Source: Eledone cirrhosa
Lineage: Eukaryota
Direction of reading: 5' to 3'
DNA length: 64,000 bases
Assembly: GCA_964016885.1 (NCBI GenBank)
Contig: OZ024740.1
Span: 275,838,001 to 275,902,000 of the forward strand
Program-made: the position numbers and the translations under genes
Part shown: positions 1-15,557 of the stretch, in pieces
Layout of the letters: every line of letters starts with the position of its first letter
Position numbering within the stretch: the stretch's first letter is position 1
The notes under the pieces: generated by a model
What the model was told of the DNA's origin: nothing
The model's input: only the letters and a program-made list of their open reading frames with translations
Database searches by the model: none

Positions 1-762
1 TGGATGCCCTTCCTAACACCAACCACATTTACTGTGTGGGGCTGGGAGGTTTTTACCGTGTTGCCTACACGGCCACATTACAGCGTGTGGACTGTGTGTT
101 TTTTTGTCGTGACACCTACATGATCTCATTTGTTTCGGCCTCTGGATGTTGTGGCACCAGCATAACTTTACATTGAAAGGGGCGGTGTGGATGGGGTGTG
201 TGTGTGTGGGGGGGGGGGGTATTTTGTTAGAGATGCCTACTGACTGTAGTAGGTTTTACTTTGTATTTAGGTAAGGCGGGTCTTCTCTATTATTGAGTAC
301 CGCCAAAGGTCTCGGTCCAGTGACATTGTCTTGGAGAGGTGTAAGTGTGTGAGGTCGGAATTTATCAGCTCGTCCCAGGTTTTTCTGGGTCTGCCTACTC
401 CGTGGCTACCGTCTATCTTTATTGCCCTGCACTTTGTTATACAGCTGTCGTCTTTCATGCGCATCATGTGACCATACCAACGTAGCCTTTTCTCGAGTAA
501 ACAACATCTGATCCCTCTTATTTCTAATTTTTTCCTTAGTTCATTTATGCTTTGCCGTTCACGTATATTACTATTACACATCCAGCGGAGCATGCAAGCT
601 TCATTCCTCTCTAGTCTGCGTATATCCTCTGCACACAATGCCCAGGTCTCACTGCCATGCAACATTGCTGTTCGTATGCAGGCATCATACAACCTGCCTT
701 TGATTTTTAGGGAGAACCCTTTAGCGGCTAATAGTGGTATAAGCTCTCTGAACTTTTTCCAT
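1..762 (-). mobile_element. RTE-clade LINE, 5'-truncated 3' fragment (RT C-terminus plus 3' UTR)
   Basis: ORF 267-692 (YDACIRTAMLHGSETW...RLRWYGHMMR...GRPRKTW) is a typical RTE C-terminus; nearly identical to 40801-41558. Confidence 0.9.
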
Positions 763-1068
763 ATTTATAAAACCATAATTATTTTATTATATATATTTCA
801 AGGGCGACCAAGGTAAATTATGATGCGCTTTCATCAGATAAAATGCAGATTTATTTATAAAACAAATCTGTATTTTATCTGATGAAAGCACATCATAATT
901 TACCTTGGTTGCCCTTGAAATATATATAATAAAATATTATGGTTTTACAAATGTAGTTTCCATTTATTAATATATTGTATATTTACTCCACTTAACTGTT
1001 GAGTGCTTTATATCAGTTATAAACATTTTTAAGCTTGTTTAATCCCAACAAATTAAATATAACCTCTG
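763..1068 (+). mobile_element. Fold-back hammerhead cassette, family 1 (Penelope-like pLTR or retrozyme-like)
   Basis: Inverted arms ~763-853 and ~861-953; a hammerhead in each arm; unique tail with GAGTGCT at 1001-1007; ends in (TA)n. Confidence 0.75.
871..936 (+). ncRNA. Minimal type I hammerhead ribozyme
   Basis: tattttat-CTGATGA(879-885)-aag...ctt-GAAA(917-920)-tatata-TA-ataaaata; 8-bp stem I; mirror copy on the minus strand ~780-845. Confidence 0.85.
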
Positions 1069-1101
1069 CATATATATATATATATCTTTTTACAATATGA
1101 C

Positions 1102-1140
<39 letters not shown>

Positions 1141-1239
1141 TATAGTTGTATGTGTTCAACATATATGGGCTTCTGTTAAAAGTTGATTAATATATTATCC
1201 GATATAGAACTCAGTATAAAATGTGGAAAATCACACACA

Positions 1240-1432
1240 CATATGTTTAGATATATATACCCAAAAAGTACATGCAAACACACCACACACTTATATTTAT
1301 ATATATAAATGTATATATATATATAGAGAGAGAGATACATATACATGCTTATATATATATATATCATGGGATGATATATATATATATATATATAGATGCA
1401 TATATATGCTTATATATAGATATAGATATAGA

Positions 1433-1488
<56 letters not shown>

Positions 1489-1604
1489 TGTGTGTGTATA
1501 TATATATGTAAATATATATGTATATATATATGTATATATACATATATCCATATATCTATATATATACACATATACATACATACATACATACATATATATA
1601 TCTA

Positions 1605-1692
<88 letters not shown>

Positions 1693-1715
1693 CGTATACA
1701 CATATAGAGAGAGGG
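1240..1715. repeat. (TA)n-rich compound microsatellite
   Basis: Direct reading; source of the YI-repeat ORFs. Confidence 0.95.
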
Positions 1716-2459
1716 AATGAAAAAGTGAGGTAGTTGGTGTGGGGTGGGGGGGAGAAAATAGATTATTACAGACTGTATTAGATTACTGGACATGTGTTTA
1801 CTGATGTATCTAAAGCACATGTTTGAATATAGTGTAGATTTATGGTTCAATCATTTTACCAGACTTCCAGAACAAGAAATTTGCCAATATTTATTAACTT
1901 GAATTTTCTGTACTTGTAAACAATAATAAAAATATTAGTAAAAACTTAATGAATAGTATGAAAATAAATGATGTTCATGAAATTACTTGATAGCAAAATA
2001 AATTTTTTTTCCAAAACTTTCTGAAGCTAAATTTTTGTAATGGCGAGCTATCACACCTCTCTTCTGTCCGCTGGGGCTGTGGGGTGGTAAGCATGTAGTC
2101 CCCCATTTGATGACAATAGTGAGAGATGGAGTGAGTGAGAGAGATGGAGGCAATGAAAGCGGGAGTTTGGTTCTTTTCTGTTCGATCCTGGTGTATATAA
2201 TGTGCTAAAATAAATGCACTGTCATTCAATCATGCTGATATTTCACAACCAGCAGATATATATGACTGGTATTTAAATATTTTATCTCTCAACCCGCTTC
2301 TAGAGACTGTGTAGTTGTTTTTTTGTTGTTTTTTTTAAATAGAATATTGTTCTACATTTTGGCATATAAAAGCATTATTTATAAAGCTGTATATTTAAAT
2401 CTAGAGAGGTTTCATGAACAAACTGATTTCAGTTTGATCTAAGGGAGTCACTTTAAATA

Positions 2460-2556
2460 ATCGTTTCCACGCAATTACCCAGTGCATTACTGGTACTTTA
2501 TTTTATCGACCCCATAAGGATGAAAGGCAAAGTTAACCTTTGCGGGATTTGAACGG
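2460..2556 (-). mobile_element. tRNA-derived SINE family A, partial
   Basis: ctggtactttattttatcgaccccataaggatgaaaggcaaagttaac core shared with the other copies. Confidence 0.8.
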
Positions 2557-2839
2557 AATCACTTTAAATAATGAATATGTATATGGATACTTTTTTTCAT
2601 AGTGGCATAGTTTGAAAGACTTTTTATATGGCTGGATAAACCTCCTTACACCAACCAGTACCTTATTTTAAAATATGGTGTATATAGCACAAATCTTCTT
2701 TACTAACTGCATTACTATGGGATGTAATTTTACACGGGACATAAACAAATGACTCTAGATGCATGAAAACGTTATCAGTAAGATGATGCATGCAGTAAAC
2801 TGATATGAACACACATATATATATAATCATCATTATCAA

Positions 2840-3110
2840 CATCATCATCACTGTTTAACGTCCATTTTCCATGTTAGCATGGGTTAGATGGGTTGTCCTA
2901 TTTTAGGCAAATCAAAGTCAGATGACCGTTTCTTGCTCATACAGAACTGCTTTTGGCTTGGTTTCTATGGCTGCATGCCCTTCCTATTGCCAATCACATT
3001 TACAGTGTGTACTGGGAGCTTTTTGTTGTGACACCTACATGACCACCTTCGAGTGTGGGCTGGGCGTTTTTTGTTGTGTTGCCATCATGATCACTTTACA
3101 GTGTGAGCTG
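2840..3110 (-). mobile_element. RTE-type 3' UTR / SINE tail fragment
   Basis: (CAT)n tail followed by gtttaacgtccattttccatgttagcatggg, matching the RTE 3' ends in this window. Confidence 0.65.
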
Positions 3111-3392
3111 TGGGCAGGATGTGTGGGGTGGAAATATGGGCATGTGTGAGGGGCAGAGTGTTAGGACATGGGTGGTGTGTGGAAGGAGAGATGAAGATGA
3201 AAGTAGTGCATACCAGATATATGCTTCAGCCTGTACTCATGGGAGGTGTATGGGAGAAAGTGGGGGTGAATACAGTTCTAGTCATATAGAAGCCATTTCT
3301 ATATAAAATAAAGATACCTATCCTCTACCAATGTATTGAGTACCCTTTTGAACTGTGGTTACCTCTCAGCGCATATCAAGAACATACCCATA

Positions 3393-3429
<37 letters not shown>

Positions 3430-3444
3430 GGGGGGGGGGGGGCA

Positions 3445-3660
3445 TATAGACAATATGCCCTCAGCCCCTTTCACTGCAAAGTGGTCGTAGAGGTGTCATG
3501 ACAAATAAGCACCCAGCCCACACTGTAAAGTGGTCGTGTAGGCGCCACAGAGAAAAAGCACCCACCACTCACTGTAAATAAGGTTGGTGTTAGGAAGGGA
3601 ATCCAGCTGTAGAAATCAAGCCAAAATCAGTTCCATTATCAGCAAGACAAAGTCATCCAA
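3445..3660 (+). mobile_element. SINE family B / RTE-tail fragment
   Basis: ggttggtgttaggaagggaatccagctgtagaaatcaagcc matches 22482-22523. Confidence 0.65.
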
Positions 3661-4344
3661 CCTAACATCGCCCACAACAGGATAGGTATCTTTATTTTAT
3701 TTAGAAATGGCTTCTATAGGACTTGAAATGTTTCATTCATATGAAATCAAAAGGCAACATATAAATTTAATCTGATTTTCTTGATGATTTTATACGAATG
3801 AATCAGTTCATTGGCATCTGTTTTAAACAATTCTGAATGGATGGTGATACCTATATTAATATTTTCTTGATAAATTACTTTATCATAGTCAAGCCCAAAC
3901 CAAAAATTCTTTCAGCCAGCCATGTGACTTGGTATAATGGCCTTACTTTCACATAGAAAGACATGAAAGAGCTCCAAACAAAATAGTAAAATAAAGTCAG
4001 GAGGAGGAATGAAATAAAGCTTATTGTTAGAAATAAAGCATAAGTAAGTTTTAAAAGACTATATTTGTTATATGATAGTCCTAACAAAAACGAAAACTTT
4101 TAATTGATTCTTGCCAATTCCGACCATCACTGAATCTCGTTGGAATCATGTGATTATAATCTTAGCTAGTAGGCACAAAATGGAAAACAAAACATACTAC
4201 TCCTATGCCATGTACATCCATCTCAACATCCATCCCTGCATCTCTCCCTCTCGGTGTTACATTTATCACCTTCACCACCACCACCTTTTCAGCTATTACT
4301 TAAACAATTGCTGGTGTCAATACTCCTTCCTATATTACCACGCT

Positions 4345-7300
4345 ACCAACACCAACATCACCACTATCACCAGCACCAACACCATCACCAGCACCAGCAC
4401 CAACATCACCACTATCACCAGCACCATCACCATCACCAGCACCAACACCAGCACCAGCACCAACACCAGCACCAGCACCAACACCAGCACCAGCACCATC
4501 ACCATCACCAACACCAACACCAACACCAACACCAACACCAGCACCAGCACCAGCACCAACACCAGCACCAGCACCAACACCAGCACCAGCACCAACACCA
4601 GCACCAGCACCATCACCATCACCAACACCAACACCAGCACCAGCACCAACACCATCACCAACACCAGCACCAGCACCAGCACTAACACCAACACCAGCAC
4701 CAGCACCATCACCACCATCAACACCAACACCAACACCAACATGACCACCATCACCAGCACCAACACCAACACCATCACCAGCACCAACACCAACACCATC
4801 ACCAGCAGCATCACCAGCACCAGCACCATCACCAGCACCAACACCAACACCATCACCAGCAGCATCACCAACACCAGCACCAACACCAGCACCAACACCA
4901 GCACCAGCACCAACACCAGCACCAACACCAGCACCAGCACTAGCACCAGCACCAGCATCAGCACCAACACCAGCACCAACACCAGCACCAGCACTAGCAC
5001 CAGCACCAGCACTAGCACCAGCACCAACACCAGCACCATCACCAACACCAACACCAACACCAGCACCAGCACCAGCACCATCACCAACACCAGCACCAAC
5101 ACCAGCACCATCACCAACACCAACACCAACACCAGCACCAACACCAACACCAACACCAACACCACCACCAGCACCAACACCAACACCAACACCAACACCA
5201 GCACCATCACCAACACCAACACCAACACCAGCACCATCACCAACACCAACACCAACACCAACACCACCACCAGCACCAACACCAACACCAACACCAACAC
5301 CAACACCAGCACCAACACCAGCACCATCACCAACACCAACACCAACACCAACACCAACACCAACACCAACACCAGCACCAACACCAGCACCATCACCAAC
5401 ACCAACAACAGCACCAGCACCAGCACCAGCACCAACACCAACACCAGCACCAACACCAGCACCACCACCAACACCAGCACCAACACCAACACCAACACCA
5501 GCACCAACACCAGCACCACCACCAACACCAGCACCAACACCAACACCAACACCAGCACCAACACCAGCACCACCACCAACACCAGCACCAACACGAACAT
5601 CAACACCAACACCAACACCAGCACCATCACCAACACCAACACCAACACCAACACCACCACCAGCACCAACACCAACACCAACACCAACACCAACACCAAC
5701 ACCAGCACCAACACCAGCACCATCACCAACACCAACACCAACACCAACACCACCATCAACACCACCACCAACACCAACACCAGCACCAACACCAGCACCA
5801 TCACCAACACCAACAACAGCACCAGCACCAGCACCAGCACCAACACCAACACCAGCACCAACACCAGCACCACCACCAACACCAGCACCAACACCAACAC
5901 CAACACCAGCACCAACACCAGCACCACCACCAACACCAGCACCAACACCAACACCAACACCAGCACCAACACCAGCACCACCACCAACACCAGCACCAAC
6001 ACGAACATCAACACCAACACCAACACCAGCACCATCACCAACACCAACACCAACACCAACACCACCACCAGCACCAACACCAACACCAACACCAACACCA
6101 ACACCAACACCAACACCAGCACCAACACCAGCACCATCACCAACACCAACACCAACACCACCATCAACACCACCACCAACACCAACACCAGCACCAACAC
6201 CAGCACCATCACCAACACCAACACCAACACCAGCACCATCACCAACACCAACACCAGCACCAACACCAGCACCATCACCAACACCAACACCAACACCAAC
6301 ACCAACACCAACACCAACACCAGCACCAACACCAGCACCATCACCAACACCAACACCAACACCAACACCAGCACCATCACCAACACCAACACCAACACCA
6401 TCACCAGCACCAGCACCAGCACCAACACCAACACCAACACCAACACCAGCACCAGCACCACCACCAGCACCAACACCAGCACCAGCACTAGCACCAGCAC
6501 CAGCATCAGCACCAACACCAGCACCAACACCAGCACCAGCACTAGCACCAGCACCAGCACTAGCACCAGCACCAACACCAGCACCATCACCAACACCAAC
6601 ACCAACACCAACACCAGCACCAACACCACCACCAGCACCAACACCAACACCAACACCAACACCAGCACCAACACCAACACCAGCACCAGCACCAGCACCA
6701 TCACCAACACCAGCACCAACACCAGCACCATCACCAACACCAACACCAACACCATCACCAACACCAACACCAACACCAACACCAACACCACCACCAGCAC
6801 CAACACCAACACCAACACCAACACCAACACCAACACCAACACCACCACCAACACCAGTACCATCACCAACACCAACACCAACACCAGCACCAGCACCAGC
6901 ACCATCACCAACACCAGCACCAGCACCAACACCAACACCAACACCAACACCACCACCAGCACCAACACCAACACCAACACCAACACCAGCACCATCACCA
7001 ACACCAACACCAGCACCAGCACCAACACCAACACCAACACCAGCACCAACACCAACACCAACACGAACACCAACACCAACACCAACACCAACACCAACAC
7101 CAATACCAACACCAACACCAACACCATCACCAGCACCAACACCAACACCAACACCATCACCAGCACCAACACCAACACCAACACCATCACCAACACCAAC
7201 ACCAACACCAACACGAACACCAACACCAACACCATCACCAGCACCAACACCAACACCAACACCATCACCAGCACCAACACCAACACCAACACGAACACCA

Positions 7301-10300
7301 ACACCATCACCAGCACCAACACCAACACCAACACCATCACCAGCACCAACACCAACACCAACACCATCACCAACACCATCACCAACACCAACACCAACAC
7401 CAACACCAACACCAGCACTAACACAGACACCAAAACCAACACCAACACCACCACCATCACTAACACCAGCACCAACACCAACACCAACACCAGCACCAAC
7501 ACCAGCACCAACACCACCACCATCACTAACACCAGCACCAACACCAACACCAACACCAGCACCAACACCATCACCAACACCAGCACCAACACCATCACCA
7601 TCACCAACACCAGCACCAACACCAGCACCACCACCATCACCATCACTAACACCAGCACCAACACCAACACCAGCACCAACACCAGCACCACCACCAACAC
7701 CATCACTAACACCAGCACCAACACCAACACCAGCACCAACACCAGCACCAACACCAACACCATCACTAACACCAACACCAACACCAACACCAGCACCAGC
7801 ACCAACACCAACACCACCACCACCACCAACACCATCACTAACACCAGCACCAACACCAACACCAGCACCGACACCAACACCATCACTAACACCAGCACCA
7901 ACACCAACACCAGCACCACCACCAACACCATCACTAACACCAGCACCAACACCAACACCAGCACCAGCACCACCACCAACACCAACACCAACACCAACAC
8001 CAGCACCAACACCAACACCAACACCAGCACCAACACCAACACCAGCACCGACACCAACACCAACACCAACACCATCACCAACACCAGCACCAACACCAAC
8101 ACCAACACCAACACCATCACTAACACCAGCACCAACACCAGCACTAGCACCAGCACCAGCATCAGCACCAACACCAGCACCAACACCAGCACCATCACCA
8201 ACACCAGCACCAACACCAACACCAACACCAACACCATCACTAACACCAACACCAACACCATCACTAACACCAGCACCAACACCAACACCAGCACCAACAC
8301 CAACACCAGCACCAGCACCAACACCAGCACCAGCACCAACACCATCACCAACACCATCACCAACACAGACACCAGCACCATCACCAACACCAACACCAAC
8401 ACCAACACCAACACCAACACCAGCACCAACACCATCACCAACACAGACACCATCACCAACACCAGCACCATCACCAGCATCAGCACCAACACCAGCACCA
8501 ACACCAACACCATCACCAACACCAACACCAGCACCAACACCAACACCAACACCAGCACCAGCACCAACACCAACACCAGCACCAGCACCATCACCAACAC
8601 AGACACCATCACCAACACCAGCACCATCACCAACACCAACACCAACACCAACACCAGCACCATAACCACCACCAACACCAGCACCAGCACCAACACCAAC
8701 ACCAACACCAACACCAACACCAACACCAACACCAGCACCAGCACCAACACCAACACCAGCACCAGCACCATCACCAACACAGACACCATCACCAACACCA
8801 GCACCATCACCAGCACCAACACCAACACCAACACCAGCACCATAACCACCACCAACACCAGCACCATCACCAACACCAGCACCAGCACCATCACCAACAC
8901 CAACACCAGCACCATCACCAACACCAACACCAACACCAGCACCAGCACCAACACCATCACCAACACCATCACCAACACAGACACCAGCACCATCACCAAC
9001 ACCAACACCAACACCAACACCAACACCAACACCAGCACCAACACCATCACCAACACAGACACCATCACCAACACCAGCACCATCACCAGCACCAACACCA
9101 ACACCAGCACCAGCACCATCACCAACACAGACACCATCACCAACACCAGCACCATCACCAGCACCAACACCAACACCAACACCAACACCAACACCAGCAC
9201 CATCACCAACACCAGCACCAGCACCATCACCAACACAGACACCATCACCAAAAACCAGCACCATCACCAGCACCAACACCAACACCACCACCAACACCAG
9301 CACCATCACCAACACCAACACCAGCACCACCAGCACGATCACCAACACCAGCACCATCACCAACACCAGCACCAGCACCATCACCAACACCAACACCATC
9401 ACCAACACCAGCACCAGCACCAACACCATCACCATCACCAACACCATCACCAGCACCAGCACCAACACCAGCACCAGCACCAACACCAACACCAGCACCA
9501 ACACCAACACCAGCACCAGCACCAACACCAACACCAGCACCAGCACCAGCACCAACACCAGCACCAACACCATCACCAACACCATCACCATCACCAGCAC
9601 CAGCACCAACACCATCACCATCACCAACACCATCACCAACACCAGCACCAGCACCAACACCAACACCAGCACCAGCACCAGCACCAACACCAGCACCAAC
9701 ACCATCACCATCACCAGCACCAGCACCAACACCAACACCATCACCATCACCAACACCAGCACCAACACCAACACCAACACCAGCACCAGCACCAACACCA
9801 ACACCAGCACCAACACCATCACCAACACCAGCACCAACACCATCACCAACACCATCACCATCACCAGCACCAGCACCAACACCAACACCATCACCATCAC
9901 CAACACCATCACCAACACCAGCACCAGCACCAACACCAACACCATCACCAGCACCAGCACCAACACCAACACCATCACCAACACCAGCACCAACACCAAC
10001 ACCAGCACCAACACCATCACCAACACGAACACCAACACCAACACCAACACCAACACCAGCACCAACACCAACACCAGCACCAACACCAACACCAACACCA
10101 ACACCATCACCATCATCAACACCAACACCAACACCAACACCAACACCAGCACCAACACCAACACCAACACCAGCACCAACACCAACACCAACACCAGCAC
10201 CAACACCAACACCAACACCATCACCATCACCAACACCAACACCAACACCAACACCATCACCATCACCAACACCAACACCAGCACCAACACCAACACCATC

Positions 10301-13300
10301 ACCAGCACCAGCACCAACACCAGCACCAACACCAACACCAGCACCAACACCATCACCAACACGAACACCAACACCAACACCAACACCAACACCAACACCA
10401 GCACCATCACCATCACCAACACCAACACCAACACCAGCCCCAACACCAACACAACCACCAACACCAACACCAACACCAGCACCAACACCAACACCAACAC
10501 CAGCACCAACACCAACACCATCACCAACACCAACACCAACACCAGCACCAACACCAACACCAGCACCAGCACCAACACCAACACCAGCACCAGCACCAAC
10601 ACCAACACCAGCACCAGCACCAACACCAACACCAACACCAGCCCCAACACCAACACAACCACCAACACCAACACCAACACCAGCACCAACACCAACACCA
10701 ACACCAGCACCAACACCAACACCATCACCAACACCAACACCAACACCAACACCAACACCAATACCAACACCAGCACCAGCACCAACACCAACACCAACAC
10801 CAACACCAACACCAGCACCAACACCAACACCAGCACCAACACCAACACCAGCACCAACACCAACACCAGCACCAACACCAACACCAACACCAACACCAAC
10901 ACCATCACCAACACCAACACCAACACCAATACCAACACCAGCACCAGCACCAACACCAGCACCAACACCAACACCATCACCATCACCAACACCAACACCA
11001 ACACCAATACCAACACCAGCACCAACACCAACAACAGCACCAACACCAACACCAGCACCAACACCAACACCAACACCAACACCAGCACCAACACCAACAC
11101 CAGCACCAACACCAACACCAACACCAACACCAATACCAACACCAGCACCAGCACCAACACCAACACCAGCACCAACACCAACACCAACACCAACACCAGC
11201 ACCAACACCAGCACCAACACCAACACCAGCATCAACACCAACACCAATACCAACACCAGCACCAGCACCAACACCAACACCAGCACCAACACCAACACCA
11301 GCACCAGCACCAACACCAACACCAGCACCAACACCAACACCAGCACCAACACCAACACCAACACCAACACCAACACCAGCACCAACACCAACACCAGCAC
11401 CAACACCAACACCAACACCAACACCAACACCAGCACCAGCACCAACACCAACACCAGCACCAACACCAGCACCAACACCAACACCAACACCAACACCAGC
11501 ACCAACACCAACACCAGCACCAACACCAACACCAGCACCAACACCAACACCAGCACCAACACCAACACCAACACCAACACCAACACCAGCACCAACACCA
11601 ACACCAACACCAGCACCAACACCATCACCAGCACCAGCACCAACACCAACACCAGCACCAACACCAACACCAGCACCAACACCAACACCAGCACCAACAC
11701 CAACACCAACACCAGCACCAACACCAGCACCAGCACCAACACCAACACCAGCACCAACACCAACACCAACACCAACACCAACACCAACACCAGCACCAAC
11801 ACCAACACCAACACCAACACCAGCACCAACACCAACACCAGCACCAACACCAACACCAGCACCAACACCAACACCAACACCAGCACCAACACCAGCACCA
11901 GCACCAGCACCAACACCAACACCAGCACCAACACCAACACCAACACCAGCACCAACACCAACACCAACACCAGCACCAACACCAATACCAACACCAGCAC
12001 CAACACCAACACCAGCACCAACACCAACACCAACACCAGCACCAACACCAACACCAGCACCAACACCAACACCAACACCAACACCAGCACCAACACCAAC
12101 ACCAACACCAACACCAGCACCAGCACCAACACCAACACCAGCACCAACACCAACACCAACACCAGCACCAGCACCAGCACCAACACCAGCACCAACACCA
12201 ACACCAGCACCAACACCAACACCAATACCAGCACCAACACCAATACCAACACCAGCACCAACACCAACACCAACACCAACACCAGCACCAGCACCAACAC
12301 CAACACCAGCACCAACACCAACACCAACACCAACACCAACACCAGCACCAGCACCAACACCAGCACCAACACCAACACCAGCACCAACACCAACACCAAT
12401 ACCAGCACCAACACCAATACCAACACCAACACCAACACCAGCACCAGCACCAACACCAACACCAGCACCAACACCAACACCAACACCAGCACCAGCACCA
12501 GCACCAACACCAGCACCAACACCAACACCAGCACCAACACCAACACCAATACCAGCACCAACACCAACACCAGCACCAACACCAACACCAACACCAGCAC
12601 CAACACCAATACCAACACCAGCACCAACACCAACACCAACACCAACACCAACACCAACACCATCACCAGCACCAACACCAACACCAACACCAGCACCAAC
12701 ACCAACACCAACACCAGCACCAACACCAGCACCAGCACCAGCACCAACACCAGCACCAACACCAACACCAGCACCAACACCAACACCAACACCAACACCA
12801 GCACCAGCACCAACACCAATACCAGCACCAACACCAACACCAACACCAGCACCAGCACCAGCACCAACACCAGCACCAACACCAACACCAACACCAACAC
12901 CAGCACCAGCACCAACACCAATACCAGCACCAACACCAACACCAACACCAGCACCAACACCAACACCAACACCAGCACCAACACCAACACCAACACCAAC
13001 ACCAGCACCAGCACCAACACCAATACCAGCACCAACACCAACACCAACACCAGCACCAGCACCAGCACCAACACCAGCACCAACACCAATACCAACACCA
13101 ACACCAACACCAATACCAACACCAGCACCAACACCAGCACCAACACCAGCACCAACACCATCACCAGCACCAGCACCAGCACCAGCACCAACACCATCAC
13201 CAGCACCAGCACCATCACCAGCACCAGCACCAACACCAGCACCAACACCAACACCATCACCAGCACCAACACCAACACCAACACCAGCACCAACATCAAC

Positions 13301-14348
13301 ACCAACACCAGCACCAGCACCAGCACCAACACCAGCACCAACACCAACACCAACACCAGCACCAACACCAACACCAGCACCAACACCAATACCAACACCA
13401 GCACCAACACCACCACCAACACCAACACCAACACCAGCACGAACACCAGCACCATCACCAACACCATCACCAACACCAGCACCAACACCAACACCAGCAC
13501 CAACACCAACACCAACACCAACACCATCACCATCACCAACACCAACACCAACACCATCACCATCACCATCACCAACACCATCACCAACACCAACACCAAC
13601 ACCAACACCATCACCATCACCAACACCAGCACCAACACCAACACCAACACCAACACCAACACCATCACCATCACCAACACCATCACCAACACCAACACCA
13701 ACACCAACACCAACACCATCACCATCACCAACACCAGCACCAACACCAACACCAACACCAGCACCAACACCAACACCAACACCATCACCAACACCAACAC
13801 CAGCACCAACACCACCACCAACACCAACACCAACACCAGCACCAACACCAACACCAGCACCAACACCAACACCAGCACCAACACCACCACCAACACCAAC
13901 ACCAACACCAGCACCAGCACCAACACCAGCACCAGCACCAACACCAGCACCAACACCAACACCAACACCAACACCAGCACCAGCACCAACACCAGCACCA
14001 GCACCAACACCAGCACCAACACCAACACCAACACCAACACCAGCACCAACACCAACACCAGCACCAACACCAACACCAACACCATCACCACCACCAACAC
14101 CAACACCAACACCAATACCAGCACCAGCACCAGCACCAGCACCAACACCAGCACCAACACTGCCAACACTAACACCAACACCACCACCACCAACACCACC
14201 ACCACCACCAACACCACCACCACCAACACCACCACCACCAACACCAACACCACAACCAACAACATCAACACCACCACCAACACCACCACCACCAACACCA
14301 CAACCAACAACACCAACACCACCACCAAGACCACCACCACCAACACCA
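4345..14348. repeat. ~10 kb degenerate hexamer satellite (ACC-AAC/AGC/ATC)n
   Basis: Continuous accaac/accagc/accatc units; one phase shift near 9251; internal higher-order duplications. Confidence 0.95.
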
Positions 14349-14440
14349 GTAGCAACAGTGCCACAGCCATCACCCCTATAGCAAGGCATTTCTATCTCCC
14401 AGGACATTCCTGCTGAAATGAGTTAAGCCAGACAACTAAC

Positions 14441-14965
14441 AAGAAGAAGAAGAAGAAGAAGAAGAAGAAGAAGAAGAAGAAGAAGAAGAAGAACAACAAC
14501 AACAACAACAACAACAACTACAACTCCAATGACAACAACAAACAACAAAACAGAAACAAATACTTGAAATATGTGATAGTAAAGAAAGGAAAAGACAAGA
14601 AAGGAGAGAAAGAGAGTGAGAGAGAGAGAGAAGGAAAGAAAGAAAGAAAGAAAGAAAGAAAAAGAGAAGGAAGGAGAGAGAAGAAAGAAAGAAAGAAAAA
14701 AGAAAGAAAGAAAAAAAGAGAAAGAACGAGAAAGAATGAGAGCGAGGTAGAAGGAAAGAGAAAGAAAGATAGAGAGAGAGAAAGAGAGAAAAAAAGAAGG
14801 AAAGAAAGAAAAAGAAAGAGAGAAAAAGAGAGCATGAGAGAAAGAAAGAGAGTGAGAGAGAGAGAAATAAATCAATAAATAAAGAAAGAAAGAAAGAAAG
14901 AGAGCAAGCGAGAGAGAGAGAGCAAGCGAGAGAGAGAGAGCAAGCGAGAGAGAGAAAGAGAGAAG
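14441..14965. repeat. (GAA)n, (CAA)n and polypurine GA-rich tract
   Basis: Direct reading. Confidence 0.9.
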
Positions 14966-15340
14966 AGTACTTATATAACTAGGTCAGTAATCTTAGCAAC
15001 AACATCACTCTATCTGGACAGACAATAAACAACACCACTCTACTATGGATGCTATGGATCTAGACAAGTCACTATCACTGGACAAAGATCATGTCCTCGC
15101 TGGATTTCAGAGACGATTACTTTTCTTTGTTTTTACATTGCTTTTCGGGTTTTATTTTTATTTTTTTGCTGTTTTTTGTTGTTGTTGATTTTGTTTTCAT
15201 TCAATTTGGTGTTGCTGTTGTTGTTGTTGCTGTTGTTGTTGCTGTTCTTCTTTGTTTATATATATATATAGAGAGAGAGAGATTGTAAACTTAGCACTTT
15301 CCTGTAAACAAGTGCTATTATGCCTCATATTATGTTACCT

Positions 15341-15410
15341 TATTTTATCTGATGAGAACACAATTTCTGTCCCAGGATGAATTTGTATTCGAAATGTGCA
15401 TAATAAAATA
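15341..15410 (+). ncRNA. Minimal type I hammerhead ribozyme, family 1 variant without a fold-back arm
   Basis: tattttat-CTGATGA(15349-55)-gaacacaatt...aatttgtattc-GAAA(15391-94)-tgtgca-TA-ataaaata; GAGTGCT at 15478-84; (TA)n from 15539. Confidence 0.85.
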
Positions 15411-15557
15411 TATGGAACTCTTTTAACCATCTTTTAATTTCTTCTTTATCATATATACTCCAGTTCTACCAACTGTTGAGTGCTACTTATCTGATATATG
15501 CATAGTTTTATTGTTCTACAATATTATTCACCTTCTACATATATATATATATATGTA

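Noticed and set aside
4111-14172. 3353-aa T/N then H/Q ORF and antisense V/L ORFs as genes
   Set aside because: Several frames are open simply because the repeat seldom makes stops; composition switches at a 1-bp slip; no domain is present. Kept only as a low-interest finding.
14982-15120. Possible exon after ttatataactag
   Set aside because: Short frames with early stops, no recognisable protein similarity and no clear donor site.
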